A stretch of DNA of 64,000 bases from Caecitellus pseudoparvulus (GCA_965644315.1 CBFFRQ010000014.1:14965-78964); one strand, 5' to 3'; counted from the stretch's first letter, positions 12,125-25,500 are shown. Made by a program: numbers and translations. Notes: generated by a model from the letters alone, not told the origin.

Positions 12125-15100
12125 CTAGTTGTGCCCCTCCTCCGCCATGGGCAGGACTCGCGCGCTGCCCCGTAGTGCCCAGGTCGGCGGAGGTGCCGGG
12201 CACTCGTTTGCTTCGTTCCGCTGCGGACCCGGTGCGGGCTGCCGGCATAATAGCAGGGCTTTTCGACGCTGCCAATTGAGTTCACTGTGCATCGCCTCCA
12301 CGATGTGCCTCGTGCCAGCCATTGCCGCACACTCAATGGGCGACAAGGCGGCCTGGCTCCCGCCCTCAAGCTGCGCCGCAGCTCGCTTGGTGGGGTCCAG
12401 GCCTGCCTTCACCAGCACCACCGCGACTTCAGCCAAGGCACGCTCAAGGACAGACGAAACCTCTGGCCAGGACTGCATCGAGGCACTTTGAGTTGCTTCA
12501 AGTGGAAGCCGTGGGGCGCTGGTGTGCAATGACGCCAGGTGCATCAGGCGCCCGCGGGTGGGCCGCCCGGTCACCTCTCCTGCCCTGCGCCGCACGCAGC
12601 ACACTGCGTGCAAAACTGACACACACCCTTGCCCGTGGACGAAGCACTGTTCATGCAGCCAAGCCCCTGCCTTGAGAAGCGCTGCCACTGTCCTCGGCCG
12701 CCCGGCTGTGGCAGCCAAGCACAGAGGCGAGCAGTTGAAGTCGTCAAGCGCGAGGGGCTTGTTCAGTCCCATGAGCGCCAGCGGTGAGGGGGCAGCCCGT
12801 GCTATTCTTGGCAGCATGTTTCGAAGCAGTTTCAGGTACTTGCTTCCCGGAACTGGGAGGGTGCCGGCTGCTGCGGCGCGGTGCAGCACTTCGACACACT
12901 TGGCAAGATCGGCATCTGAAGCTGGCGAGCCCCGCATGCCCACGACGTGCAACGCTCCCCAGCCCCGCACACAGTCTGAAGGCTGAAAAGCACTGTGCGC
13001 AAGGAGGCACTGGAGGACGAGGTGCCTCCCTGCCCACACTGCCATCAGTGCAGGGGTGAAGCCCTGAGAGTCTTTCCGCTTGGCATCGCTTCCACAACGC
13101 AGCAACGCCTCCACCACCTCACAGTACCCTGCTTGTGGCGTGGAGGCAGCAGTGGCATCACAGCAAGCTTGAGTGCAAGCATAGTGAAGCGGAGTGGACA
13201 GGCCTCGTGAGGGGATGTCGACGTCTGCACCAGCTCGAAGCAGCTCCTGGACTGCAGCCCAATTGCCGTAGCTGGCAGCGTTCATCAGCGGGGAAATGCC
13301 CGAAGATTTCGTGCGAGCGTCCACTTTGGCCCCGGCTTCTATGAGAAGGTGTATCACACGCTGAACGGCTGCAGGTTTGCCTGGCTCTGTGTCAGGCAGT
13401 GGCACACCTGCAGCTGCGTGCAGCGGCGTCGTGCCGTTGCGATCACAGCAGTTCGGATCTGCCCCCAGCGCCAGCAGGCATGCGACGAGCTCTGTACGCG
13501 ATGACTGAGCAGCCCACATCAGCGGCGGTGTTCCAAAGTCGTTCCTGGCGTTCACTTGCGCCTGCATGGACACAGCAGCACCGCCCAGTGAAGGAGCACT
13601 GCCTGCTCGAACGAGTTCACGCACAACGCTACACAAGGCAGCTTCAGATGGCGCAATGACAGTGAACGCGCCGTCCATGCAGGCGGTATGGTACCTTGCA
13701 GCTTCGTGGGCGCTGTAGCTGACAACGTTGTGAATGGCCCCTGACCCTCGGCCGTTGGTGGCCAGCGGGTCCGCTCCTGCAGCTAGCAGGGCGCGGACGA
13801 CGGCAGGTCTGCCACACCACGCTGCAGAAAGCAAGGGGGTATTGAACTGGTCCGAGGTGCGCGCATCCACGTGCGCCCCGGCGCTGACGAGTGCGGGCAC
13901 ACAGGCCGCCAAGGCTTCGTCAGGCGCCGATGCAGACGGCGCGCCCACATGGTGTAGGGGCGTCCAGGCGTTGGCTTTCGCGCAGTTCACCCGGGCCCCG
14001 TGCTGCAAGAGGAGGGCCACTGACCTGCACGCCCCACGCTTCACTGCAAGGATCAAGGGCGACGTGTCGGCGTCCGCGCTCCACGCGTTCGGGTCGGCGC
14101 CAGCCCGCAGGAGCAGTTCCACGCACGCGTCCACGGCGTCGACGTCGCCAGGGTGCCATGGCCCTTGCAGGGCCGAGCACAGTGGAGTGAGGTCGCTTTC
14201 TGCTTGTTTCGCGCTGGCGCCAGCGCCCAGGCTCAGCAGGAGCTCCACTGCAGCAGGGGAGCGAGCTTCGCATGCGAGCTGCAAGGGCAACTTCCCCCCA
14301 GAACCAGCAGTCGACACCCTGGCGCCACGTGACACAAGCAGGCGCACCAGGCGCAAGCTTGAAACTAAGTCACTTGAATCTGAACTGCTTGTCGGCTGCT
14401 CCTCTGTCCCACTGCCCTTAGGCGGGCCAGGTTCAAATCGGCGAAGCGCCAGGGCCCGGGCCAGTCCTCGCAGGGCGCAGTGAAGAGGCTGGTCGCCCTG
14501 CCCGTCGAAAAGGCGTGCAGACGCATTCTGTGAGAGCAGCGCGCGTGCAAAGGCAGGGTCGTGTTTCGCAGCCACGTGCAGCGCCGTCTGGCCGAACTGC
14601 CCGCGAGTGTCCAGCAGCGCTTGCCTGCCACTTTGCCCCAGCGCGGGAGCAGCCAACAGCGCCTGGAGCACCCTCTCTTTCTGCGCAGCCCTATGGCTGG
14701 CCGCAAGCTCGAGCAAGATGGGTGATTTTTCTGCCCCCGCTCGCGCGCAACGTGGGTCTTGGCCTGCCTGCAGAGCTGCCTCGACACAACGCAGGCACCC
14801 GTCGATCACTGCACATGCAAGTTCAACCAGCTCACCGGCCACTCTGCCCTGACAGGAGCAAGGAGGGAGCTCGCATCTTTGAATCACATCCTCAGCTGCA
14901 TTGGACCTTTCCGCCTGCCCCTTCCTGTGGGTCTGTGCAGCGCGAGAGGGAGTCGTCGCCAGCGACGGCTCGACCGACCCAGAGCTCGGGGTTTGTCTGC
15001 ACTGCTTTGCTTCAGGCAAGATCAAAGCCGCACTGCCCTGTGCACCGTCATGCTCGCGCCCTTGAATCGCTTTGCAGGCGGCTTTGATCTCATAGGGGGC

Positions 15101-15157
15101 CGCGTCGCCCCCAGGAGGGGACGGAGACCACATCGTGCCTGCAGCGCAGCAGTCCAT
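12125..15157 (-). CDS. Ankyrin-repeat protein (about 1000 aa)
   Basis: Many ankyrin repeats (GQTALHVAA, GDQPLHCAL, TPLLSAAWCG, GTTPLHAAA, SPLMNAASYG, TPLHYAC). The start is uncertain (ATG 15157 or 15133). Confidence 0.88.
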   Translation of the reverse strand: MDCCAAGTMWSPSPPGGDAAPYEIKAACKAIQGREHDGAQGSAALILPEAKQCRQTPSSGSVEPSLATTPSRAAQTHRKGQAERSNAAEDVIQRCELPPCSCQGRVAGELVELACAVIDGCLRCVEAALQAGQDPRCARAGAEKSPILLELAASHRAAQKERVLQALLAAPALGQSGRQALLDTRGQFGQTALHVAAKHDPAFARALLSQNASARLFDGQGDQPLHCALRGLARALALRRFEPGPPKGSGTEEQPTSSSDSSDLVSSLRLVRLLVSRGARVSTAGSGGKLPLQLACEARSPAAVELLLSLGAGASAKQAESDLTPLCSALQGPWHPGDVDAVDACVELLLRAGADPNAWSADADTSPLILAVKRGACRSVALLLQHGARVNCAKANAWTPLHHVGAPSASAPDEALAACVPALVSAGAHVDARTSDQFNTPLLSAAWCGRPAVVRALLAAGADPLATNGRGSGAIHNVVSYSAHEAARYHTACMDGAFTVIAPSEAALCSVVRELVRAGSAPSLGGAAVSMQAQVNARNDFGTPPLMWAAQSSRTELVACLLALGADPNCCDRNGTTPLHAAAGVPLPDTEPGKPAAVQRVIHLLIEAGAKVDARTKSSGISPLMNAASYGNWAAVQELLRAGADVDIPSRGLSTPLHYACTQACCDATAASTPQAGYCEVVEALLRCGSDAKRKDSQGFTPALMAVWAGRHLVLQCLLAHSAFQPSDCVRGWGALHVVGMRGSPASDADLAKCVEVLHRAAAAGTLPVPGSKYLKLLRNMLPRIARAAPSPLALMGLNKPLALDDFNCSPLCLAATAGRPRTVAALLKAGAWLHEQCFVHGQGCVSVLHAVCCVRRRAGEVTGRPTRGRLMHLASLHTSAPRLPLEATQSASMQSWPEVSSVLERALAEVAVVLVKAGLDPTKRAAAQLEGGSQAALSPIECAAMAGTRHIVEAMHSELNWQRRKALLLCRQPAPGPQRNEANECPAPPPTWALRGSARVLPMAEEGHN

Positions 15158-15774
15158 CTTGCAGTGCCTGAGAGTGAAGGACACTGGAACGGGGCGTGAG
15201 CAGAGGAAGAGGGCTTTGTGCAAGTCAAGGTGGTACGTGTGTGCTGCGCGAAGTGCTCACAAGGGGGCCATGCCCAAGGTGTGGCGCTGTGCAGTGGAAG
15301 CGGACGGGGGCTCGCACGCGTCTTCAACACCCCTCCTCCTCCTCCCTCACAGCAGGACAAAGTCGGCCCCGAACTGGGCCCACGTCGCGCAGCCCTGCCC
15401 AAGCCACCCGCGCCACCATCCCTCCACTCCATGCGCCAGCAAAGCACTGGTGGTGACAGGGGTAGCAGCATTTCTTGGGCAGCTACCGTCTCAGCGCTTG
15501 CCAGGAAAGGCCCTCTTCCATGTGTTGCAGCCTGGGGGCAACACGAGGTGTCGGGTAAAAAACCCGCAGCAGGTCGTGCCCGGTTGGAAGACGGTGTGTG
15601 CGGGTAGAACTATTGTGCGAGGTCAACCCTTGGTGCACATACTTTGTGAGCAACGCCTTGGGTGTGGACTGCGGGGCGTTCACGGTGTGCTGCTGTGTCC
15701 AGGTCGCTGTGTGACAAGCGACTGACGGACGGGCCCTGACCGTCGACTCGGGAAAGGAACCGGGGGGGGGAACC

Positions 15775-17919
15775 ATGTCTGGTCTATCATGTCTCCCAGC
15801 CTCCTTCCTGCTGACTTCCCTGGAGCAGCGCTCTCGCGCTGTGGACTTTATGCTCGACCTGGGCAACGGGATGTGAGTGCGGGACAATTACCGCACCGCT
15901 CCGCCGTCGTGCGCAACCCTATCAGCAGCCCGAGCCTTTTGGCACTGCCGCAATACGAACACGATTATTCCCTGCAGGTTCGTGCTGGTGCGCCCGGGCT
16001 CCCTGGGCGCAGCTGTGAATTTTTCTGTGACTGCCGAAGAAGTGGTGCACGACGCTGACCAGTGCCAGGAGGTGTGGCACTTGCTGCCCAACAAGGGCAC
16101 CAAGCGGCCGCCCATGCTGTTCACACACAACTCCATCCGGACAGGCTCTTACATCCACATCATGGGCATGCTGCGTCCCCTCGTCCACACTCGCTCTGGC
16201 ATTCGCCTGTTGGTGCTTGACCCTGTGCCCGCCGAATCCGCGCCGCGCACCAGCTGCTGCACCCTGGCGCCTGGCTGCAAGGGGCTCTCCATGCCCATGG
16301 GCCTGGCGCCCGGCTACTCCACCTTCTCCGCCGACGACCTCATTGATGCCGGCATTCTCGGGGAAGATGCCACCTTCCCCGACTCCAGTGACAAACCACC
16401 GCCGCCCCTGCCCGCCCCCAGCCTACCACTGGGCGCCCTGGTGCCGCCCCAAATGGTGCAGGACGGCGTGAACGCCTCCAACCCCCTGGGCTCTGCCAGC
16501 TGGTCGCTGGCTGGGCGACACACTGACACCCTCATCCCCACGCCACCCCCTTCACACGGCCCTGGCGGGGCTGGGAGGGGGAGTGTCACCGACGGCCCCG
16601 CCATCGGCACACTCCCGGACGGCTCCGTGGCGGCAGGGTTCGCCTTTGATGAGAGTGGGGGTACGCCGAGGAGCGACAGGGGGCAGTCTGGCGCCACGCA
16701 GGACCCCCCTCCCGAAGCTGCTGGCACGCCCCAGCCCGACCGTCAACTGAGCAGTGACAGCCACTCCAGGTCAGCCACACTGCCTGGGCGGGGCCCTGAC
16801 TCCCAACGGGGCCGTCGAGCGTCGCTGGCGGCGGGCTTGACATCCGGCGTCAGGCCACCGGCAGCTGAGGAGACCAAGGTGGGCCCACGCCCCAGCACGC
16901 CGCCCTCCCCACGCAGGGGTATGGGGCGGGGTGTGGGGGGGGCTCGAGGGGGCAAGAATCGCACAGGGGATGCGTCGCCACCCCTGTCCTTGGGCGGCAC
17001 AGCCGCTTCCGACGGCCAGGGGGTGGTGTCCGTGCCGTCGCCTCTGCGACACCTCAGCGATATGCCGACTGGGGCCGGGAGCGGCGGTGGAACGGTGCAA
17101 GACGCCGATGCCCTGCCCACGCCCACCTTCTCAGCCACCGCCTCCACAGTCACGCCGGACACGGTGCTCATTCAGCGCATCGTCGCCCCACACGTGCTCA
17201 ACGCCGCTGCCCTTGGCGTGTCGGCCATGTTCGACGAGGAGATGCCGGCGCTGGGGTCAAGCGTGCGACCAGAGGACGCGGGGCTCGACGGGCCCCCGCC
17301 CCTGTCCAACAGCCACACCATCCACTCCAGTCGCGGGGACACGGACCACGACTCCATCCTCGTGCAGTCTCAGCTGCAGTGGCCTGTGTGTGCCGGCATC
17401 GGCGCCGGCACCCTCGCCCTCGCACTCATCTTCATCCTCGCCGCTGGCATCCCTGCGCCAGGCAGCTACGGCGTGGCGGGGGCCGTGGTCGTCATCGGCT
17501 TCGCAGTTGGCTGGTGGACGGAGTGGAACACGGAGGCGGCCCAGCCACGCTTCCTGCGCTCCGTCATGCCCGGCATCCTCACCAACGCCACCTTCCAGCG
17601 AGCCCTACGCCAGGCGGACTCTGGCCCTGCCGCGCGCCAGGCTGCGCTGAACAAGGGCCGCCTGACCCTGCTCAGTGGCTATGCGTTGCCTGTGCGCCCG
17701 GCCACGGAGAGTCACATCCTCGTGCTGCCGTCGCTGTTTGCGCCTGGGCGCCCCACCACCCTGCTTGCGGACCGTACATCGGCCAAGCGAGTGGAGGCGG
17801 AGAACCCGTGGTGCCTGTCACACCGCGGGCCCTGCTTGTGTGCCTGCAGCTTCGTGCTGCATGCAGCGACGTGGGCCTGCATCTGCATGTGTGCTGCTTG
17901 CGCAGTGGGTGCGACCTGA
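15775..17919 (+). CDS. Uncharacterised membrane protein with a disordered middle, two TM helices and a Cys-rich C-tail
   Basis: ATG 15775 exon joins the 680-aa ORF through intron 15873-15977. Hydrophobic segments AGIGAGTLALALIFILAAG and GVAGAVVVIGFAVGWW. Additional upstream exons are possible. Confidence 0.55.
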
Positions 17920-18363
17920 GCAGCGCGTTTCGACTGGAGCGAACATTGCATTGAATGCAGTGCCCTCTGTCCATGGGCTTGAACTTGGTGTATGGCAGGG
18001 GCAGAGCGGGCAGTCCTGGCTAGGGACGTTACAAGTTTCGGACATGGTAGGGCCGCACCCGGCCGCAGGGAATTCTCCTTGGCCCTGACGAACAGTCGTT
18101 CGAAACACCTGCACAGGAACCACTTTATCAAAATCACACCTATCATCTCACCCACCTCACGTTTCTCGCCATCTGACATCTCTCTTCCCCCCCCTACGAC
18201 CTCCGTTGCAGCGTGCGTGGCCCGCCAAGCACGTGCTTGCTGCGTCGCTGTGCCAACTTCCGCAACGGCAGGCAGCATGCGCTGGAAACTCAGGAAGCAC
18301 TTGCCCAGCCCTGATACCACCCGCAGGCACTTCATTGAACTAGGATTTCGGAATCCGAGCACC

Positions 18364-19185
18364 ATGGCCGCCTCTGCAAAGTCCCCTATCGTCGTGCGTA
18401 TGCGTGCGGGTTCGCCAAGGAATTCTGGACGCACCACGCCAACCGCCCGAAAGCCGCAGTTCGTGAACAACCGCGTGTGCCCTTTCGGACACCGCGCCTG
18501 GCTGTCCCTGGAGTTCCACAAGCAAGCAGGCGGCCTGGACTACACGTTCAAGAGCACCAGCCTGTCTGACAAGCCGCAGTGGTTCACAGACATCTACCGC
18601 AAGGCGCTGGGCGCTGACGTGACTTCCACAGGCAAGGTGCCGGTCATCCAGGACGGCGACGTCATCCTCACAGAGTCGGCCGTCATCGCCAGGTATGTCG
18701 ACGACAAGTTCGCCCCTGCGTCGGGTGTCTCCCTGGCGGCCGCCTCAGCCCTGGACAAGGCCAAGGTGACGCTGTTTGTGGACAGTGTGGCAGGCCCCCT
18801 CATCAAGGCCTTCTACACCCTGCTGAAGGCCCAAGACCCCGCCGACCACGGCAAGCTGGCCGAGGACTTCACTGGCGCCCTGCGTGCCATCGGGAGCAAG
18901 CTTCTGGCGAACGATGCTGACGGCGCGGGCGGCCCGTTCTTCTTGGGCAGCCAGTTGGGCTTCGCAGAGACGCTTGTGTGGCCCTGGATTCGCCGTGTGA
19001 ACGCCCTGACTGTGCATCGGGGCTACAACATCCCTGCCGCGGGGGAGGACGCAGCTCTCGCTCGTTTCCACACCTGGAAGGAGGCCATTGAGGCACACCC
19101 TGCTGTGCAGGGCACCTTTGAGGAGGGCGATGAGGACTTCTACGCTGAAGTGTACACTGTGTACGCAAACCCCAAGAAGGAGTAA
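18364..19185 (+). CDS. Glutathione S-transferase, Cys-type (omega/lambda-like)
   Basis: Active-site CPFGHR, plus KPQWF, GKVPVI, LTESAVIARYVD and GGPFFLG. Intron 18394-18459. Confidence 0.9.
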   Translation: MAASAKSPIVVRMRAGSPRNSGRTTPTARKPQFVNNRVCPFGHRAWLSLEFHKQAGGLDYTFKSTSLSDKPQWFTDIYRKALGADVTSTGKVPVIQDGDVILTESAVIARYVDDKFAPASGVSLAAASALDKAKVTLFVDSVAGPLIKAFYTLLKAQDPADHGKLAEDFTGALRAIGSKLLANDADGAGGPFFLGSQLGFAETLVWPWIRRVNALTVHRGYNIPAAGEDAALARFHTWKEAIEAHPAVQGTFEEGDEDFYAEVYTVYANPKKE

Positions 19186-19505
19186 TACAGCGCATGATTT
19201 GTGCTAATTTCTGCATGCTTGTCGACACTGGGTGCATTGAGTCCGCTGTGAGGCCTGTGGGGCAGGTGAGAGAGCGGCAGATGGCTGCCGACCCCAAAAC
19301 GCACACCAGCCGAGGAAGGAGCACCACGGGTACAAGGGCCGGAGGCGCTCTTCATGTATGTGTATAGGTCGTGTGGCTGTGCTTATTCACGCCGGTGGGT
19401 CAACGTGGCCGTGCGCCGGCCAAGGGTTGACTTGGCGGTCGCCGCGAAGACGTTGAGCGTTTCTGCGGCACCTGCCGCTTCTCGCGGTCTGTGAGCGAGG
19501 TGGCC

Positions 19506-22500
19506 ATGGCGTACTACCAAAACACGTTTGAAGCAATAGCAAAGCAAAATGGTGTGTCCTTCGTCGGACACCGTGGAGGTGGCAGTGCAGGGGATGCAGG
19601 GCGGTGGGTGCTGTTGACACCTTGGCAGGTGAGCCCTGCCCTGAGCACAGCTTGCGCCAGGCAAGCTGCCCCTTCACCGCGCCCACTGCCACGCCCACGC
19701 ACAGGTATGGCTGCTGGAGGAGTCCCTCCGTCACACTGGTGGCCTGTCCTTCGAAGGCAGTGCTGGCGTGGACGGCTCCAGCGTGCACGGTGGTCCGGAG
19801 CACCTGCGCAAAGGCAGCGCCGGCGGTCTCTTTGGCCCGGGCAGTGCCGTCCCGCCGACCCCGGACGGGGAATTCCGCCTGATTAAGCTACAGGCCCAGA
19901 AAAAGCAGGATGTCGCCGAATCAGCCGCTGGCAGCGTGTTGGAGGCCGCCCTGCGGGGGGTGGGCGTTGGGCGGCAGGGGGGCGGCCCGGTCCCCGCTTG
20001 GCGTGCGGGGGGCGACTCAGCTGGTGGAGACGCCATCGGCCCAGCATCAGGGGGCGACCAAGCACACCTGCAGGCGCGTGTGGGCAAGCTGTCCCAGCGC
20101 CTGGTGTCGGGCGCTGCGGATGTGGCGGTGGACGTGCAGCATGCTCGGGCCAGCGGCAGCGCCATCCCGAGCACAGGCGGGGTCAGCAGCGGAGAGTGGG
20201 CCCACAGCGGCGGCCAGCGCGGTGGTCGGTCCCCCGCCTCCACTCGTGCTCGTGTGCACCTCGCGGGCATGTCTGTGGAGGATGGGGATGTGCGTGTGGG
20301 GGACAAGGCAGCCGGTGTGCTTGCGCAGGCGCAGGGGGACGCCGCCACCAGTCGGAGGGGGGGTGGCACGGACCGAGCCAGGGACATGGCTCGGGTGGCG
20401 GGGAACAGCCAGGCGGCTGTGGAGAGTCTGGGCGTGCTGGCAGATGCCCGCGTGCACGCCATCCAGCGGGTGGGCAGTGACGGCGGCAAGTACGTATTAC
20501 GCCCCAGCACCTCCGGCGCCGACGGCCTGGCAGAGGCTGGTAGCATGGGCCAGGCGCTGTTCGGCAGCGGACCAGGGGGGCCGCGCCTGCCCCACCCCGT
20601 GTCAGCCGCCGAGGGCGGGGAGGGGGGTGCCTCCACCCTCACCCGCTGGCGCGGACCGCTCACGGGCAGTGGGGAGGACACTGTGCCGGCGTTCTCTGCC
20701 ACGGCGTCGGGCCCGGCCTCGTCACTGCTTGGCGTCGTGGGAGAGGCGGCGCCGCCCCCCCTGCCTGGGGCATATGGCGGGCACGGACCAGGGGGAGGGG
20801 GCGTGGCGCCGGCAGCGCCTCCCCAGCTGCTGACTGGCCGGGCTGGCAGCTACCGCCACGGCCCGAGTGGTCTGCCACAGCGCAGTGCGGCGTCAGGTGG
20901 CCACGTGTGGCAGGCTGGTACCATGCGTGCGGCCGTGACGGTGGACATGGTGCGGGGGCTGCGGCAGTACATGTCCCAGCTGGGCACCCGGGACCGCCTG
21001 CGCCTGATGCTGGCTGAGGCCATGTGTCGGGACCCCACCTGCTTCACACTGGGGTCCGGGTCCGGGTCGGGGGAGGGCGGCGCAAGTGGTGGCCATGGGT
21101 CCAGCACGCCCGGCCTGGGTACGGTGGAGGCGGTGCTAGGGGGCAGTGACTGTGTCACCCCTGCGACGCCCAGCGTGCGCGTGCACGTGGGGGGCAGCAT
21201 CGTCAGCACCGCCCCTGACAGCCGCGCAGCGCACGAACACGGGACTAGCCGTGGCTTTGGCGAGAGCGTGGAGGATGCGGAGAGTGCCGGCCGGAGCTTC
21301 CTCGCGGCGGCTGTGCGGGGGGGAGTGGGCGGGGAGGGCGCGAGGGATGGGGCGAGTGGGCCCCGCCCCAGTGTTCTGCTTGGGGAGGGCGGCGCCAACC
21401 CGGAACACCGCGCCAGCAGCGCCGTGCTGGGGGACACCACCCCCTCGGCACCCCTGCTTGGGGGCAGGGACGGCCTCCTGCGCTTCCTGTACATGCGCAT
21501 GGCACGGGAGCGAGCAGGGGCGCTGGGCGCTCTGACGCAGGGAGGGGGGGGGTCGGCGGCAGCATCGCCCCCCCCCTACGGCTTCGCCGTCCCCGACCCC
21601 AGTGCCTCCTCGCCAGACCTGCCTGCCATGGGCGAGGACGGCGCGCTGACCCACGCGGAACACACCAGTGTCGTGGATGCGACGAACCGGCTGCTGGTGC
21701 TGGTGCATGTACTTCTGGCAGACATTCGCCTGTTGCAGTGGCGTGCCTGCAACCCTGCGCCCGTGACGGTGGACACTCGCCCGCCAGGCAAGATGGGGGA
21801 CGGGGACGGGTACGTGTATGGGGGCCTGGTGTCCCCCGGGCACACCAAGACTCTGCACCTGCCCACCCCCTCGCCCGACATTCACAAGCCCCCGCCTGAC
21901 TCAGCCTGGGGCTCGGTGTTGGGAGGGGGGGGTCAGGGCGGCGGCGAGGGGGGGGGCGTGCCCGCCTTCGCCACCCCCCACAAGCTGCACAGCGCTGCCA
22001 CGGAGGGGGGCCTGCCGGTGGTGTCCTCCGTCACGGAGCTCATCGCCATGTCCAACCTGCCAGCACCCCTGTGGGGCCACGTGCACGACGCCCTGCGCCG
22101 TGTGCTGGCCCGCATCCCTGCCGCCCTGCGCCAGGCATACCGCCGGCGGGAGCAGGAGCGCCACGCCGCCTACCGGGCCCGCGTGCAGTGGATGAAGGGA
22201 CAGTTCGCGCGGGACCTGGCAGAGCAGCGCCGGCGCTTTGAGGAGGCGGCGGCACCGCTGTCTAGCAAGGTGCGAGGCCTGGAGCGGGCGCTGGGCATCG
22301 CCCGGACCCAGCTCCGGCGCGCCCGTATCCAGGCGGCACAGCAGGGGGTGGTGCTGAGCGAGTTGGCGCCCCAGGTCACCCGCCACGCCATCCAGGGCGT
22401 TCTGGCGGCGGTGTACGGGACGGGGGAGGGGGGGGGGCGTCTGTCCCCCCGTTCGCCTCGGGCTGGGGGGGAGGGCGCAGAGGACGGCTCGGAGTGGGAG

Positions 22501-25500
22501 GACGAGGGGGGTGAAGGGGGGGTGGAGGGGAGGTCTGGCCAGGACGGGTACACCCCTCGTGTCGGCTCTGCCCTCGCGCGGCTGCGTCGAGCTGGTCGCA
22601 GCGTCATGGCGGGAGAGGGGGGGCGCTCTCCCGGCAGCCCTGCTCACGCCAGTACCACCCTGCACATGGCCCCATCAGCCTCCCGACTGCCAGCTGGCAG
22701 CAGCGTCGTGCTGGGGTCCAACAGCAGTGCTGTGAAGTGCGCCCTGGGGCCAGACGGCTCTCTGACGTTTCGCGATGAAACGGAGTTCCTCGCAGCGGTC
22801 GTGGAGCTGCTGTCAGACGACGCCGTGACGGGGAACGATGTGCAGGGGGCGTCAGCTGTGGGGCGCACAGTGCACAACAACCCCTTCCTGCGCGCCATCG
22901 CCGGCAAGATCCGTGACTTGGCGGAGAAGGCCCACACCAGCCTGTACGAGCGGGAGGAGTTGGTGCGCAGCCTGCGCGAGTCACAGGCCAGTGTGGTGGA
23001 GCAGGTGAAACGCCTGCGCCGCCAGCTGGTGGTGACGCGGTGGAAGGCGGCGGCGGCACACGCCACCCTGCAGCGCAAGTACACGGCTGTTACGGAAGAA
23101 CTCATCATGGTGCAGCGTGAGTGTGGGGCGCGTGAGGCGCGGCTGGAAGAGGAGGCGGACCTGCTCTCGCGCACCCTGGACCTGGTGCAGCAGCGGGAGC
23201 GCAAGCGCGCCACTGGGCGACTGCAGGGCGCGGCCAAGGACTCCGCCGTGCTGCGGGAGGTGTTCGGTGAGGGCGCCGTGAAGACCATGTACGACCTGGC
23301 CTGCCGTATGCAGGCGGCGGCGGATGCGGGTCTGCCTCTGGTGCTGGCGGCACGTCAGGGCGGGCTGTTGCCTGTGGCGGAGGGTGACACAGGCGCCTCG
23401 TCGCCACCCGTCACGGCGCACACCGCTGCCGTTTCCGCCATCGGGGCCCGGCGACAGGCACCCTCGTCACGGTCGCTGCTGTCGTCACGGGGCTCGGCGG
23501 CGTCGCCAGGCAGTCGAGGGGGGGGTGACGACGACGGCGAGGGGGGGTCTGCCCGTGCCTCTCCTGGGGGTCGTCGCCGCAAGGGCCGGCGCAGGGGAGG
23601 CGGCTCCTCACGCCGACTGGACACCTCTCCCGGCACAGGGTCCGGTGCCGGAGGTGCCGCGGCGTCAGCTGCTGCGGCCGCTGGGTCGCTGGCTCTGACG
23701 GCGGATGAGGCAGCCTTGCTGTTCGCGGTGCTAGTGGCGGGGGGGCGGCTGGAAGGCGAGGGGGTGGGTGGCGCGGCCACCCCCGGTGCCGCTTCTGCCG
23801 GCACAGCTGCCTCTGGTTTCCAGGTGACGCCCAATGGCCGGGGGGGCGACGCGGCACATCGTGTGGCCATGGCGCTGAGTCGAGTCGTACCGTTGGAGCG
23901 GGGGGGGGAAGAGGCCCCCTGGAAGGCCATTGGCAAGCCTCGGGTGCAGACGGAGGGGGGGGTCCTGTCCGGCTCCGAGGGGGGGTCAGGCAAGCACGAC
24001 CCCTGGTCCATCTTGCAGCCAGGCGACGGTGCGGGGCTGGGCGAGCCAGGCAGCTCCACGCCACAGTATGACGATGGGCGGGGCGTGGGGGAGGGCATGG
24101 TGGGCGACCGGGTGGACCTGGAGGCGGGGGAGGTGGCCCTCCCGGATGCGCCCCCCCACCGCCGCACGGCGGGGTCCTCCATCAGCCGCACACTGCAGCG
24201 GGATGCCTCCCGTGCGCACTGGGGCGCCTACGGCGGCGCTGACTCGGAGTTGTTTGAAGACGACTTCGCGTGGTTGGAGGCAAACCGTGCGGGGGCTGTG
24301 GCGGCGGGGCAGGGGGCTGCCACGCCCCAGGCCCGGGCTACGGCGTCTGCGGGGCAGCTGGCGCCGCCCCGGGCGGAGGTGGACCCCGTGCCAGCAGGCA
24401 GTGACTCGGAGATGGACGTGCCTCGTCGCCGCCCCAGCACGGTGGGGCAGACGGGGCTGGCGCAGGGCGGCCGCGGCGCCGGAGGTGCTGGGCAAGGGGG
24501 GCGTGCATCACCTCTGGCGCAGTCCCAGCAGCAGCACCCCAGCGACGGCGAAGGGCGTGTCACGGCCGGCACTGTCAGTGTCTCTGGAAGCAGTGCTCCG
24601 ACGAGCCCGCCCCCCGGGCGTCGGCGGTACGGTCGCGAGACGCTGCCGTCTGACGCCTCTGCAGCTGCGGCTGTGCGGCGCGAGGCGGGTGGACTGGCCC
24701 ATGTGACTGGGCGAGGCGCGGGGCAGGTCCAAGGCGCCGAGCAAGTGGAGGGGGGGGTCGAGGGGGGTGCGAGGGGGGGTCAGGCAGGCCCCGCCTCCAA
24801 GGCCCCTAGCGATAAGCGCAGCCAAGCAGGGGAGGGCTCAGACGGCGCAGGAGCCAGTGCACCAGGGTCGGGTGTGCCCCCACCCTCCGCCCCCCTGCAC
24901 ACCAGTGTCACGGGGGTGGATAAGCGGCGCCAGGCGCCCCTCGGCACAGTGCTGGACCACCACCGCGCCACCACTGTCGGCGCCTCGGACCTCCGCCCCG
25001 CCGACCCCGTCACCGTCCAGGAGGTGTCCACTCGAGCTGGGGTGAAGGAGCGGGAGGGGACCCCCACCTCATCCGCCCAGGTCTCAGACTTGAGCACGCC
25101 CCAGCTGACACGCACTGGGGACAGCGCCCTGCACCCTGCGAGTCCTGTGGACAGCGAGGTCGCAGCGGAGCTGGAGCGGGTCGCAGCGCGAGCTGCCCGA
25201 CGGGAGGCCCTCGCCAAGGCGCGGGCCGAAGCGGGCACCCTGGCACCCACTGCGTGGGGTGGAGGCCGCAGCACTTCCGGCAGTTTGCGGGCGTCGCCCA
25301 CCGGCTCCCCCCGCAGCGCCAGCCCGCCCAGCCGCCAAGGCACTGGACTCTCCTCGCCCCTTGTGGCCGACAGTGGGGGGGAGAGCGGGCCAGGCATGCC
25401 CACCCTGCCGCCGCCGCCCACAGAGGAGCCTGAGGTGCTGGAGCGCGCAGCCCGTCGCCGACGGGCAGCCCGTGCGAAGCGGCGGGCGTCACGGGCGAAA

